A DNA stretch of 64,000 nt from a bacterium (GCA_965204535.1 CBDBEV010000001.1:192001-256000), one strand, 5' to 3'; positions 46,489-56,718 are shown, numbered from the stretch's first letter. Numbers and translations: made by a program. The notes: generated from the sequence alone by a model not told the origin.

Positions 46489-47880
46489 ATGTCCAGAAAA
46501 TTCTTTGCAGACCATGCCAAGTGGCCCCGTTGCGTTTCGGGCGGGCCATTCCTGTTCTTCAGCGGACAGATGGGGATGCACCCGAAAACGGGGAACATCT
46601 GCACCAGGTACGCCGAAATCGGGGATAAAGGACCCGCCCGGACCAGGAATTACCCCTGGGTCGACAAGATCGAAGCGCCCATCGGCGCGCAGGCCGTCGC
46701 CACCTATGAGGGCGTAGGAGAAGCGCTGGAGGCCAACGGCGGGGGACTGGAAAACCTGCTCCGCTTCCATCTCTATCAGCTCGACAAGCGCTTTTTCCCG
46801 GTCTTCGACAGCATCAGGCGTCATTACGAACCGAAAGCGCCCACGCCGAGCACCGCCGTGGGCATGGGCGCGTTCGACCCGGAACTTACCGTGCGATTCA
46901 ACATCGACGCCATCGCCCTGAACCCCAAGGCGGCGAAAACTCTGGGACAAAGGAAGAAGCATGAAGGCTCGAAGGCGCATTCGGCCGCCGCTCATTTCTC
47001 CCACGTCGTGGGTGCTGGGCCGTATCTTTTCGTCGCCGGCCAGATTCCGACGGATACTTCGAAGCCCGGCTCTCCCCTCATCCGCAACTATCCCGACATT
47101 CCCAAGCGGGGGAGATTCCTCTCCGTCGGCCAGAGCCATGAGGACAGCAGGAACGGCCCCATCGCCGCGCAGACGTGGTTCGTCTACGACCTCATCCGCA
47201 AGCATCTGGAAGGCTCCGGGTCTTCGCTCGAAAACATCCTGAACCTGACCGTATATCTCGGGGACATGCGCGATTTTCCCACCTTCCACCGCATCCACGA
47301 GCGGTTTTTCCCAAAGGACCCGCCGGCTCTCACGGTGATGCAGGTGGCGGAAGTCGGCCACAAGGGGGAGAAGATCGAAATCGAACCCACGGCGCTGATG
47401 GATAAAAGCAAGATAAAGCGCGAGGTGATTCGCGGCGAAGATGGAGCAGGCGCTCAGATGAGTCTGGGCGTCGCTGCGGGCGGCGTGTTGTTCCTCTCGA
47501 ATCTCGTCGGCCTGAACGGAGACAGTGAGCCGATCAGCAAAAGAAGTGAATTGAGGGGGTCGCTTCGCCGGAGACTGCCGAAAGCGTCTTCGCCGGCTGA
47601 GAGAAATGTAGTCTTACAGGGGCTCGCGATTCTCGATCAGATGGAAGACGCGATGAAAGCCGCAGGCGCAGACATGGGCCGGGTGACGCACCTGACGTTG
47701 TTTCTCCAGAACATCGCTCACCTCTCGGCGCTCGAGCCCTTGTTCAGAAAGTATTTCCCGAAACGAAGGCCGGCCTGCACCGCCATTCAGATACCGGAAG
47801 TCTCGCCCGTCGCGGGTACGGAAGTCTCGATGACGGCCATCGGGTGGATAGGCGACGGCGATCCGGAGGTCGTCGCGTAA
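46489..47880 (+). CDS. Rid (YjgF/RidA) family protein with three tandem domains
   Basis: Three repeats of FLFFSGQ / YLFVAGQ / VLFLSNL...Q...L...G..L..(V/I)...P(S/A)x; begins immediately after the Mo enzyme stop. Confidence 0.75.
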   Translation: MSRKFFADHAKWPRCVSGGPFLFFSGQMGMHPKTGNICTRYAEIGDKGPARTRNYPWVDKIEAPIGAQAVATYEGVGEALEANGGGLENLLRFHLYQLDKRFFPVFDSIRRHYEPKAPTPSTAVGMGAFDPELTVRFNIDAIALNPKAAKTLGQRKKHEGSKAHSAAAHFSHVVGAGPYLFVAGQIPTDTSKPGSPLIRNYPDIPKRGRFLSVGQSHEDSRNGPIAAQTWFVYDLIRKHLEGSGSSLENILNLTVYLGDMRDFPTFHRIHERFFPKDPPALTVMQVAEVGHKGEKIEIEPTALMDKSKIKREVIRGEDGAGAQMSLGVAAGGVLFLSNLVGLNGDSEPISKRSELRGSLRRRLPKASSPAERNVVLQGLAILDQMEDAMKAAGADMGRVTHLTLFLQNIAHLSALEPLFRKYFPKRRPACTAIQIPEVSPVAGTEVSMTAIGWIGDGDPEVVA

Positions 47881-47881
47881 A

Positions 47882-48314
47882 GGGGTTGTTGAAGAAGCAC
47901 TTGGTCAACTTTCGGGATCGTTCGCCGTAGGGACAGGCCCCCGTGCCTGTCCTGTATCGGGGTGAATATGACCAACGGGCGGCCACGGGGGGCCGCCCCT
48001 ACGGTCGTCATATATGGGGTTGTTGAAAAAACCCTGCAATGCCGGAATGATGGCCAAAACCCGAAACCGGGCGGCGGCGCAGGCTCTCGCCTTGAAAAGC
48101 AACCCCCCCTACCCCCCCTTGTCAGGGGGGCAAGAAAAAACAAAAGCCCCTCTACCGGTGGCGGGCGTCGCCTTTTCATACCCCCCTGACAAGGGGGGGT
48201 AGGGGGGGTTGCCTTTATCCCCTTAGGAGAGGGACTTTTTCAACAACCCCCCCAAGGGGGGAGTGAATCTTGCTCATTTATCGGACGAGTCATCCGGGGG
48301 TTTTCAACAGCCCC
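47882..48314. mobile_element. Nested MITE-like elements with palindromic cargo
   Basis: Outer ends 47882 (GGGGTTGTTGAAGAA) and 48301-48314; inner element 48016-48250 with perfect 15-bp TIRs; GTAG pair 47926-48003; 31-bp IR element 48100-48211. Confidence 0.72.
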
Positions 48315-48320
48315 CCAAGA

Positions 48321-49220
48321 CTATTCCGTATCGCAAACCCTGTGGCCGGCGAGGTCTTCGATGAGCGTCGCGAAGCCGCTGTGATCCAACTCCCCCCGGT
48401 CCGCCGCCAGAAGCGCCGTGAACATCTGATAGAGCTGCCCCGCTGCCGGTATGGCAACCCCCAGGTCCGCTCCCGCCTCCATGGCGAGGCGCAGGTCCTT
48501 TCGGTGCAGACGAATCCGGAAACCGGGCGGATATTCGCCCTTCACCAGGTTCGGCCCGCGAAGCTCCAGCACGCGGGATTGCGCAAGCCCGCCGGTTAGG
48601 GCGGCGATCATTTTTTCGGGATTCACGCCCGCTTTTGCGCCCAGCACCAGCGCCTCGCTCATCGCGGCGATGTGCAGGCCCACCATAATCTGATTCGCGA
48701 TCTTCACGTACCCGCCGTCGCCCACGTTCTCGCCCACGTGGACGATGGTCTTCCCCATGGCCTCGAAGACGGGCAAAGCATCCTCGAAATCCGCCGCAGC
48801 CCCACCCACCATGATGGAGAGCGTGCCCTCCCTGGCGCCTACGTCTCCTCCGCTGACGGGAGCGTCGAGCATGCGCACGCCCCGCTCTCCCAAGGCGTGA
48901 GCCACCTTCCTGGAGACGCCGGGAGCGATGGTGCTCATGTCGATGAAAAGGGAACCCTCCTTCGCGCCTTCGATGATGCCCCCTTCGCCCAGGGCGACCA
49001 GTTCGACGTCCGGGGAATCGGGCAGGCAGGTAATGATGACGTCGGCCTTGGAAGCTGCCTCTGATGCGGACGTGCACACCACCGCTCCCGCCTCAGTAAG
49101 TTCTTCCAGAGGTGGCTTGCTGCGGTTGTGCGCGGCCACGGAATGGCCTGCTTTTAGCAAGTTCAATACCATGGGCTTGCCCATGATACCGGTTCCGATA
49201 AAAGCGACGGATCGGCTCAT
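48321..49220 (-). CDS. 2-hydroxy-3-oxopropionate reductase-like beta-hydroxyacid dehydrogenase
   Basis: FIGTGIMG, DAPVSGG, KIANQ, PGFRIRLHRKDL. Confidence 0.85.
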   Translation of the reverse strand: MSRSVAFIGTGIMGKPMVLNLLKAGHSVAAHNRSKPPLEELTEAGAVVCTSASEAASKADVIITCLPDSPDVELVALGEGGIIEGAKEGSLFIDMSTIAPGVSRKVAHALGERGVRMLDAPVSGGDVGAREGTLSIMVGGAAADFEDALPVFEAMGKTIVHVGENVGDGGYVKIANQIMVGLHIAAMSEALVLGAKAGVNPEKMIAALTGGLAQSRVLELRGPNLVKGEYPPGFRIRLHRKDLRLAMEAGADLGVAIPAAGQLYQMFTALLAADRGELDHSGFATLIEDLAGHRVCDTE

Positions 49221-49330
49221 CGTCTAAGCCTCCCTATTGGTAATTGATGTACGAAACAAGACGCGGGACGATTTTCCCGGAGCAATTATTTAAGCCATAC
49301 GGGCCTAAACGCTATTCACATCTCGGAAGA

Positions 49331-50668
49331 TTACCCGCCGAATCGGGACTCCAGCCATCTCGCCGTCCGGAGCAGCCTGGCGTCGTCTCCCCTGGGTCCC
49401 ACGAGCTGAACCCCAAGCGGCATCCCGTCCGCTCCTTCCAGCAGAGGAAGCGTTACGGCCGGCGTTCCGCACAGGGTCCAGATGGTGCAAAAAACCGGAT
49501 TCCCCGTCGCGCCGAGCCCGAGGGGCGCCTGCCCCGGCGCAGGCGGTGTGAGGATGGCGTCGAACCGCTCGAACGTCTCTCCCAGCAGAGCGTTCAGGGC
49601 GGGCACCTTCTCTACCGCCCGGGTGTAATCCACCGCGAGATATTTCTTGCCGCGTTCCATCATCTTGCGCAGAAGATCGCTCAGCTGGTCTTTTCCGCGT
49701 TCGTATTCCGTCTCGAAGTTCCGCGCGAGGTTCGATTCCAGGATGATCTGGTGCCATTCGATCGCGCTGTTGAAAGCATCGGGAAGTTCGACCTCCTCCA
49801 CGACCTCCGCGCCCAGACTCATCGCCAACTCCTCAAACGCCGCCTGCGCGTCCTCATCCGCCTGATCCCAGACGGGCGTTTTCACGAACGCGAACCGCGG
49901 AGTTACCGGAGGCTCCGAGGCGGCGGTTTCCAGCAGTCTCGGGGCCGCGCGATGCCGCATGTCCGGGTCGCGCGCGTCGAAAACCATCAGCTGATCGCCC
50001 AGGAAGGCGACGTCCTCGACCGAGCGCGCGAAAAGGCCCACGTGGTCGATCGGCCTCGACTGCGGAAGCATGCCGTAGCGTGAAATCGTTCCGTGGGTGG
50101 GCTTGAAGCCGCAGACGCCGCAAAAAGAGGCGGGCCGTATGACGGAGCCGTTCGTCTGGCTGCCCACCGCGGCGGGGACCATGCGGGAGGCGACGGCGGC
50201 GGCCGAACCGCTCGACGAACCGCCGGGCGTGCGATTCGGATCATGGGGATTCTTCGTCTTGCCGGGATGATAGACGGCGAACTCCGTCGTCACGGTCTTG
50301 CCCATGATGACGGCGCCCGCGTTCTTGAGCAGGGATACGAGCGCGGCGTCCTCGGTGGGCTGACGGCCCGCGTGAAGGGGCGAGCCGTTCTCGGTCGGCA
50401 GTTCAGCGGTGTCGATGATGTCCTTGATGCCTACAGGAACGCCGTGGAATGGGCCGAGCGCCTTCCCTTCCCCTCTGGCGAGGTCGGCTTCCCTCGCCTG
50501 CCTCAAGGCGAATTCCTCATCCAGATGCTCCCAGGCGCCGATTTGCTCCTCGCACTCCTCGATGCGGGCCAGGCACGCCCCCACGAGTTCCTCCGAGGTC
50601 AATTCGCCTTCTCGTATCGCTTCCGCAGCGCGAAGGGCGCTCAAGTGGGCCGGACTACTCTCTTCCAT
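49331..50668 (-). CDS. Amidase-signature family enzyme
   Basis: IKD, TPGGSSSGSAAAV, GSQTNGSVIRPA. Confidence 0.9.
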   Translation of the reverse strand: MEESSPAHLSALRAAEAIREGELTSEELVGACLARIEECEEQIGAWEHLDEEFALRQAREADLARGEGKALGPFHGVPVGIKDIIDTAELPTENGSPLHAGRQPTEDAALVSLLKNAGAVIMGKTVTTEFAVYHPGKTKNPHDPNRTPGGSSSGSAAAVASRMVPAAVGSQTNGSVIRPASFCGVCGFKPTHGTISRYGMLPQSRPIDHVGLFARSVEDVAFLGDQLMVFDARDPDMRHRAAPRLLETAASEPPVTPRFAFVKTPVWDQADEDAQAAFEELAMSLGAEVVEEVELPDAFNSAIEWHQIILESNLARNFETEYERGKDQLSDLLRKMMERGKKYLAVDYTRAVEKVPALNALLGETFERFDAILTPPAPGQAPLGLGATGNPVFCTIWTLCGTPAVTLPLLEGADGMPLGVQLVGPRGDDARLLRTARWLESRFGG

Positions 50669-50739
50669 TAAATGACTCCTCAAATCAGCCAATCAGCGCG
50701 CTTCGCGCTGTCAGGTGCATTCCTGGAATACGCCGCTCA

Positions 50740-51636
50740 TCAGGGACGCTCCGCCGCGCCCGTCAACATGGCCACCGCGGCGAAATCCAAATCCCCCAGA
50801 CCGTCACGTGAAGCCATGCGGTAGACCTGATTCGCCGCCGCGCCGGCAGGGCACGGAATCCCCAGGGACATGAGAGCCGAAACGGCCAGGGACATGTCCT
50901 TGAGCATCAAGTCCACCGTAAAGCCGGCCTCGAAATCCTTGCTCGAAGGCGCGCCCTCGATGAGATCGGGGCACGGCGGGTCTTTCTCCATCACCCAGCT
51001 TCCGCCGCTGCTCGTGCGGATCACCTCGTGGAGAATCTTCGTGTCCACGCCCGACGCCTTGCCCATGGCGAACGCCTCCGCCGCCGCCACCATGGTGACA
51101 CCCGCGATGAGATTGTTGCAGAGTTTGGCGACCTGCCCCGCGCCGTACCCCCCGACGTGGATGATGTTCTTCCCCATCAACGCCAGAACGGGCTGCACCG
51201 TATCGAACGCCTCTTTCGGCCCCCCGACCATGATGGTGAGGCTCGCCGCGTCCGCCCCCATCACCCCGCCCGATACGGGCGCATCGAGCATAACCGCCCC
51301 GCGCTCGGCCGCCTCGGCGGCGAGTTTGCGGCTCTGATCGGGATCGATCGTGGACAGGTCGACCAGCAAACCGCCCTCGCCGACGGCCTCCATGAGGCCG
51401 CCCTCGCCCAGGTAGACGTCTTCCACCTCGGCTCCCGTGGGCAGGGAGGTGAGAACGATTTCGCACGTAGAGGCGAGTTCCGCAGGACCAGACGCCTCGA
51501 CGGCGCCATTTGACACGGCGCGCTCCACGGATTCGCGGACGACGTCCACCACGCCCACTTCATGACCCGCCTTGATGAGATGCGGCACCATGCGGCCGCC
51601 CATCGCCCCGACTCCTACAAAACCCAAACGCTTCAT
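50740..51636 (-). CDS. mmsB: 3-hydroxyisobutyrate dehydrogenase-like
   Basis: FVGVGAMG, DAPVSGG, AKLCNN, SSGGSW..P.P, GFTVDLMLKD. Confidence 0.75.
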   Translation of the reverse strand: MKRLGFVGVGAMGGRMVPHLIKAGHEVGVVDVVRESVERAVSNGAVEASGPAELASTCEIVLTSLPTGAEVEDVYLGEGGLMEAVGEGGLLVDLSTIDPDQSRKLAAEAAERGAVMLDAPVSGGVMGADAASLTIMVGGPKEAFDTVQPVLALMGKNIIHVGGYGAGQVAKLCNNLIAGVTMVAAAEAFAMGKASGVDTKILHEVIRTSSGGSWVMEKDPPCPDLIEGAPSSKDFEAGFTVDLMLKDMSLAVSALMSLGIPCPAGAAANQVYRMASRDGLGDLDFAAVAMLTGAAERP

Positions 51637-51676
51637 CAGATATCCTCCACAAAAAATTATCTCATTTTCATCTATC

Positions 51677-53059
51677 TTAACCTTCCCCCGATATAAATTC
51701 CTCCGCCACCGCGCACAGGAATCCCTCCCTGAAGGCGGGCGCAAGCAGGGTCATCCCGATGGGCAGCCCGTTCGCGTAAAACCCGTTCGGGACGGCGACA
51801 GCGCATAAATCCAGGAGATTCACAAAATTCGTATACATCCCCAGGTTCGCGTTCAAGTCGATGGGGTCGGCATTCACCTCGCCTATCGTGTAGGCCGTGG
51901 GCGTCGTGGGAACCATCATAAAATCAGTATCTTCCCATACTATTCTCGCTTGGCACTTCAACTCCTCCAGGCGATAGAAGGCCTTGAAGGCGTCGACCGC
52001 CGAGTACCCGGCGGCGCCGGAAATCAGCTCCCTCGTGACGGGATGAAGGGCGTCGGGCTTTTCTCCAATAAAATCCTCGATCGCCGCCAACCGCTCCGCC
52101 ACCCAGGGACCACCGTACAGGAGTTTCGCCGCCTCGAAAAAAGCGGAAAAATCAACCTCCTGAACAGTCGCGCCCATCTCAGAGATGCGCTCTATCCCCT
52201 TCTCATAGGCGCTTCTCGCCTCATCATCTCCCAGGAAATCCCTTTGTCCGGGCAGAGGAACACCCGCCTTCAGCCCACCCGGCAAGTCGGCGGCCATCTG
52301 CAGAGACTCTCCCGCCGGAAGAGCGCGGCTGTACGGGTCCTCATCGGGCACGGCCATCGTCTCGAGGGCGCAAAGCGCATCCGAAGCTTTGAGAGCAAAG
52401 ACCGAGACGCAATCGAGCGTGCGGCAGGCGGGAACCACACCCCGCGTGCTCACCAGCCCCCGTGAGGGTTTCAAGCCCACGATGTTGTTGAACCCCGCAG
52501 GCACCCGGCCCGAGCCCGCCGTGTCCGTGCCGAGGGCGAAACTCACCAGGCCCGATGCGACGGCCACGGCCGAGCCGGAACTCGAACCGCCCGGAATGTA
52601 GTCGGGATGATACGGATTCCGCGCCACGCCATAAGGCGTGCGCGTTCCCACGAGGCCGGTCGCGAACTGATCCAGATTCGTCTTTCCGACGAAAATCGCC
52701 CCGGCATCCAGCAGAAGCGCCACGCAGGGAGCGCTCACCTCGGGCGTATAGGCGTATTCGGGGCACGCCGCCGTCGTAGGGACCCCGGCCACGTCGATGT
52801 TGTCCTTCACCGCGAAGGGAACGCCGTAAAGGGGGAGTGCGTCCGCATCCGCCCTGCGGGCTTCGAGTTCTTGCGCACGCGCGAGCAACCTATATTCAGG
52901 TTCCAAGTGAATCCACACGCCGTCCTCACCGCGCGCGGCGATCCGCTCACAAACCTGATGCACCAAGCCTTTAGGCGTCTGATCGCCCGAGGCATACGCT
53001 GCCTGAAGCCGGGAGAATCCCATCTCCTCCGCGCCCGGTGCTGCGCCCGGCCTCATCAT
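51677..53059 (-). CDS. atzF: Allophanate hydrolase-like amidase (N-terminal domain only)
   Basis: LYGVPFAVKDNID, TTAACP, KTNLDQFATGLVGTR, GTDTAGSGRVPA, LYGGPWVAER, YTNFVNLLD. Confidence 0.78.
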   Translation of the reverse strand: MMRPGAAPGAEEMGFSRLQAAYASGDQTPKGLVHQVCERIAARGEDGVWIHLEPEYRLLARAQELEARRADADALPLYGVPFAVKDNIDVAGVPTTAACPEYAYTPEVSAPCVALLLDAGAIFVGKTNLDQFATGLVGTRTPYGVARNPYHPDYIPGGSSSGSAVAVASGLVSFALGTDTAGSGRVPAGFNNIVGLKPSRGLVSTRGVVPACRTLDCVSVFALKASDALCALETMAVPDEDPYSRALPAGESLQMAADLPGGLKAGVPLPGQRDFLGDDEARSAYEKGIERISEMGATVQEVDFSAFFEAAKLLYGGPWVAERLAAIEDFIGEKPDALHPVTRELISGAAGYSAVDAFKAFYRLEELKCQARIVWEDTDFMMVPTTPTAYTIGEVNADPIDLNANLGMYTNFVNLLDLCAVAVPNGFYANGLPIGMTLLAPAFREGFLCAVAEEFISGEG

Positions 53060-54603
53060 TCACCGTTTTCCCGGGATTCGCCCTCCGCCATCTCCCGAAG
53101 CGCCGTCTTGAGAACTTTTCCGTAATTGTTCTTGGGCAGGGCCTCGATGAAACGGTACGCCCGGGGGCGCTTGAAGCGCGCGATGTGTTCGAGGCACAAG
53201 CCGTCGAGGTCTTCTTCGCTCACCCCTCGCTCATCCCTGGGCACCACGAAGGCCATCACCTCCTCTCCCCAATCCGGGTGGGGACGCCCGATGACGGAGA
53301 CCTCCAGAACGCCCTCGTGACGCAGCAGCACTTCCTCCACTTCGCGGGGGTAGATGTTGCTGCCGCCGCTGATGATGAGGTCCTTGGAGCGATCCTTGAG
53401 GGTGAGGAAGCCGTCCTCATCCATCACGCCCACGTCGCCCGTGTGAAGCCACCCGCCCTTGAGCGCGCTCGCCGTGGCTTCGGGGTTGTTCCAGTAGCCT
53501 TTCATGACGACGTCGCCGCGAACGAGCACCTCGCCGGTCTCTCCGGGCGGCAGTGTGTTGTCCCCGGCGTCCACCACGCGCACTTCGACCACGGTATGCG
53601 GCACCCCGACGGATGCGAGCCGCTCCTCGAAGCGGGGGTGGTCCGTATCGACGTGCCGCTCTCTCGAAACGACGGTGATGGTCATGGGGCTTTCCCCCTG
53701 CCCGTACACCTGAACGAGTTTGTTCCCCAGAGCCTCCATCGCTTTTTTGAGGTCTTCCACGTACATCGGACCGCCGCCATAGGCGATGACCTTCAAATTC
53801 GTGGTATCCGCATCCCCTATCGCCTCGCTCTGAATCAGGCGCGTCACCATGGTGGGCGCGGCGAACATGGCGAGGCCCGGATAGGCCTCGATGAGCCGAA
53901 AAATCTCTTCAGGCTCGAACCCCCCGCTCTCGGGAACGATGTTGTTCGCGCCCTGATAGACGTGCGGTATCGCGTACAGCCCCGAGCCGTGGGACAGGGG
54001 CGCGGCGTGCAGTATGCAATCGTTTTCGGAGACCGGATCGACGTCGGCGAAATAACTCAGGCTCATGCTGTGGAGGTTCTCGTGCGTGAGCATCGCGCCC
54101 TTCGGCCTGCCCGTCGTGCCGCTCGTATAGAAGAGCCAGGCCAAATCATCCGGCTCTTGAGGTTCGATGGGGACGGCCTCTCGGGATTGAATCGCCCTAT
54201 ATTCGGGAGTATCAGCCTCCATCACGCTTTCGAGAGCCTCGATTTCATCGACGAGCGGCGCAATCGTCCCCATGAGGTCGGAAGTGGCGAAGCAACAGCG
54301 CGCGCCCGCATTCTCCAGGATGAAGGCCATCTCCTTCGGATGGAGCTTCGCGTTGACGGGCAAGGCGCAGCAGCCGGCATGCCATATGGCGTAGAGGACC
54401 TCCAGAAACGCCGGGCAATTCTTCATGGTGATGGCGACGCGATCCCCGGGCTTCATATCCAGATCTTCCCGAAGGAAACCCGCCATGGAACCCGCCCGGC
54501 GCGCGAACTCCTCATACGTGCAGTGGACCGCTTCACCATAAGATATGGCCGGCCGCTCCCCGCAGGCTCTGGCCGCGCGGGCCAAAAACTCCGCCATGTT
54601 CAT
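53056..54603 (-). CDS. AMP-binding acyl-CoA synthetase
   Basis: FYTSGTTGRPKG, YGQGESP, LHTGD, DRSKDLIISGG, LPKNNYGK. Confidence 0.9.
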   Translation of the reverse strand: MNMAEFLARAARACGERPAISYGEAVHCTYEEFARRAGSMAGFLREDLDMKPGDRVAITMKNCPAFLEVLYAIWHAGCCALPVNAKLHPKEMAFILENAGARCCFATSDLMGTIAPLVDEIEALESVMEADTPEYRAIQSREAVPIEPQEPDDLAWLFYTSGTTGRPKGAMLTHENLHSMSLSYFADVDPVSENDCILHAAPLSHGSGLYAIPHVYQGANNIVPESGGFEPEEIFRLIEAYPGLAMFAAPTMVTRLIQSEAIGDADTTNLKVIAYGGGPMYVEDLKKAMEALGNKLVQVYGQGESPMTITVVSRERHVDTDHPRFEERLASVGVPHTVVEVRVVDAGDNTLPPGETGEVLVRGDVVMKGYWNNPEATASALKGGWLHTGDVGVMDEDGFLTLKDRSKDLIISGGSNIYPREVEEVLLRHEGVLEVSVIGRPHPDWGEEVMAFVVPRDERGVSEEDLDGLCLEHIARFKRPRAYRFIEALPKNNYGKVLKTALREMAEGESRENGE

Positions 54604-54846
54604 TCGAAACCACCTCCCGCAAGTCACGGCTCACGATTCGCGCGATCACGCGAGTTCCCGGGCGATTCATCGTTGGAAGACCGCCGCCTCATGGCTTGAT
54701 GATAAGCCATATCCGAATCCATGAATATGCGCTAGTATTAAAGCATACATCAGCGTTATGTGGAGCGCGGCTCCGGCCGAGAAAACCGCCTTGGCGAGAG
54801 GATCGCATCGAGCGTCCACTCTCGCGACCCCCATGGAGGCATTCCC

Positions 54847-56163
54847 ATGCGAAGCGAAAAAGACCTGCTCGATTCGGCAAAGAAATACAGTTTTCGCGGT
54901 CGGGTGGACAAGTCGGTTTTCTCGGGTCCCGTCTTCGTGCGCGGCGAGGGTTCCACCGTCGAGGACGTGAACGGCAAGCAGTACCTCGATTTCAACTCGG
55001 GCCAGATGTGCTCCGCCCTCGGACACAACCACCCCACCGTCACGGACGCCATCAAGAAAAGCTGCGATGAGCTGATTCACGCGCACAGCAGCTTCTTCAA
55101 CGACCAGGAAATCATCCTCGCCGAACGCCTCGGCGCGCTGCTGCCGCCCCCGCTCGAGAAAAGCCTCTTTCTGGGTTCGGGTGCGGACGCCAACGAGGCG
55201 GCGGTGACGATAGCCCGCAAATTCACGGACGGCTTCGAGGTGGCGAGCCCTCACATCAGCTTCCACGGCCTCTCCGACACGGCGCGCTCGCTCACCTTCG
55301 CGGGCTGGCACAGCGGACACGGGCCGCTATCGCCCGGGAGTATGGCGATGGTCGCGCCCTATTGCTACCGCTGCCCGCTCGCCCAGAAATTCCCCGATTG
55401 CGAGATCGCCTGTCTGGACACGAGCTTCGAGCTCATCGACGCGCAAACGACGAGCAAGCCGGCCGCCGTCATCACCGAACCCCTGTTCAGCGCGGGCGGG
55501 GTGGTGGAGCCGCCGCCCGGGTGGCTCAAGAAGCTCAAAGAAAGCTGCGAAGAGCGCGACATGCTCCTCATCGTGGACGACGAGCAGACGGGACTCGGCA
55601 AGCTGGGCACGATGTTCGGCTTCGAGAAGGACGAGGTGGTGCCCGACGTGGTGACGCTGGCGAAACATTTCGGCGGGGGCGTGAGCATCTCCTCGGTCTC
55701 GACGAGCGCCGAGGTGGAGGAGAAGATAGCGTCCACCGAGTTCGTCGTCACCCATTCGCACACGAACGACCCGCTCGCCTGCGCCGCGGGTGTGGCGAGC
55801 TTAGACGTCATCGAGGGAGAAGACGTTCCCGCCAAGGCGCGAAAAATCGGTGCTCACCTGAGAGAGCGCCTCACCTGGCTGGGCGAGCAGTATGAACTGG
55901 TGGGCGACATCCGGGGCCGGGGCCTCCTGCAGGGGATTGAACTGGTGGAAGACAGGCGCACGAAAACGCCCGCCACCAGACAGGGCAGCGAGATCAACCG
56001 TAGGTGCCTCGAGAACGGCCTCATCTTCAGCCAGCGGCGCGGGGGAAGCGTGCTCCGCTTCGTGCCGCCGGCCACCACGACGGAGGGGCAGATGGATCAG
56101 GCGATGGACATCCTCACCGACGCGGTAGACAAGGCGAGTGTTCGCGGCGCCGTCTCGGGATGA
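54847..56163 (+). CDS. Class III aminotransferase, 2,2-dialkylglycine decarboxylase-like
   Basis: YLDFNSGQMCSALGHNHP, SFHG, EPLFSAGG, DDEQTG, LAKHFGGG, HTNDPL. Confidence 0.78.
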   Translation: MRSEKDLLDSAKKYSFRGRVDKSVFSGPVFVRGEGSTVEDVNGKQYLDFNSGQMCSALGHNHPTVTDAIKKSCDELIHAHSSFFNDQEIILAERLGALLPPPLEKSLFLGSGADANEAAVTIARKFTDGFEVASPHISFHGLSDTARSLTFAGWHSGHGPLSPGSMAMVAPYCYRCPLAQKFPDCEIACLDTSFELIDAQTTSKPAAVITEPLFSAGGVVEPPPGWLKKLKESCEERDMLLIVDDEQTGLGKLGTMFGFEKDEVVPDVVTLAKHFGGGVSISSVSTSAEVEEKIASTEFVVTHSHTNDPLACAAGVASLDVIEGEDVPAKARKIGAHLRERLTWLGEQYELVGDIRGRGLLQGIELVEDRRTKTPATRQGSEINRRCLENGLIFSQRRGGSVLRFVPPATTTEGQMDQAMDILTDAVDKASVRGAVSG

Positions 56164-56201
56164 TGCTCGGCGTCGGGGCCCCAACTTTCGAATAGAATGA
56201 A

Positions 56202-56693
56202 ATGCTTCACGTCGCTCTCTATCATCCCGCGATTCCGCAGAATACCGGGAACATAGGCCGCTTGTGCGTCGGGATGGACGCGCATCTGCACATCATCGAA
56301 CCTGCGAAATTCGATTTTTCGGACAATTCCCTCAAAAGAGCAGGGCTTGATTACTGGCCGGACGTGAAGCTCACCATCCACGAGAACGAAGGCCAATTTC
56401 TCGAATGGCTGGGCGAGAGAACGCCCTGGCTCATCACGAAGTTCGGCGCGTCGCGCTTCGACCGGGTCTCATACCGGGACGAAGACGTGCTGTTGCTCGG
56501 GAACGAAAACACCGGCCTGCCCGATGCGTGGCATGCGCGCTGGCCCGAACGGCGGATTTACGTGCCCATGCCGGGGCCGATCCGCTCCTACAACCTCGCC
56601 AACACCGCCGCCATCGTCCTCGCGCAGGCGTTCGTTCAATTACATGATGAGGATGTTACGAATCTCGGCGGCGGGAACGACCCTATCGGCTGA
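56202..56693 (+). CDS. trmL: tRNA (cytidine(34)-2'-O)-methyltransferase
   Basis: PAIPQNTGNIGR, KRAGLDYW, GNENTGLP, RSYNLA. Confidence 0.9.
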   Translation: MLHVALYHPAIPQNTGNIGRLCVGMDAHLHIIEPAKFDFSDNSLKRAGLDYWPDVKLTIHENEGQFLEWLGERTPWLITKFGASRFDRVSYRDEDVLLLGNENTGLPDAWHARWPERRIYVPMPGPIRSYNLANTAAIVLAQAFVQLHDEDVTNLGGGNDPIG

Positions 56694-56718
56694 AGCCCGA
56701 GATACCGGGCCATTATGA

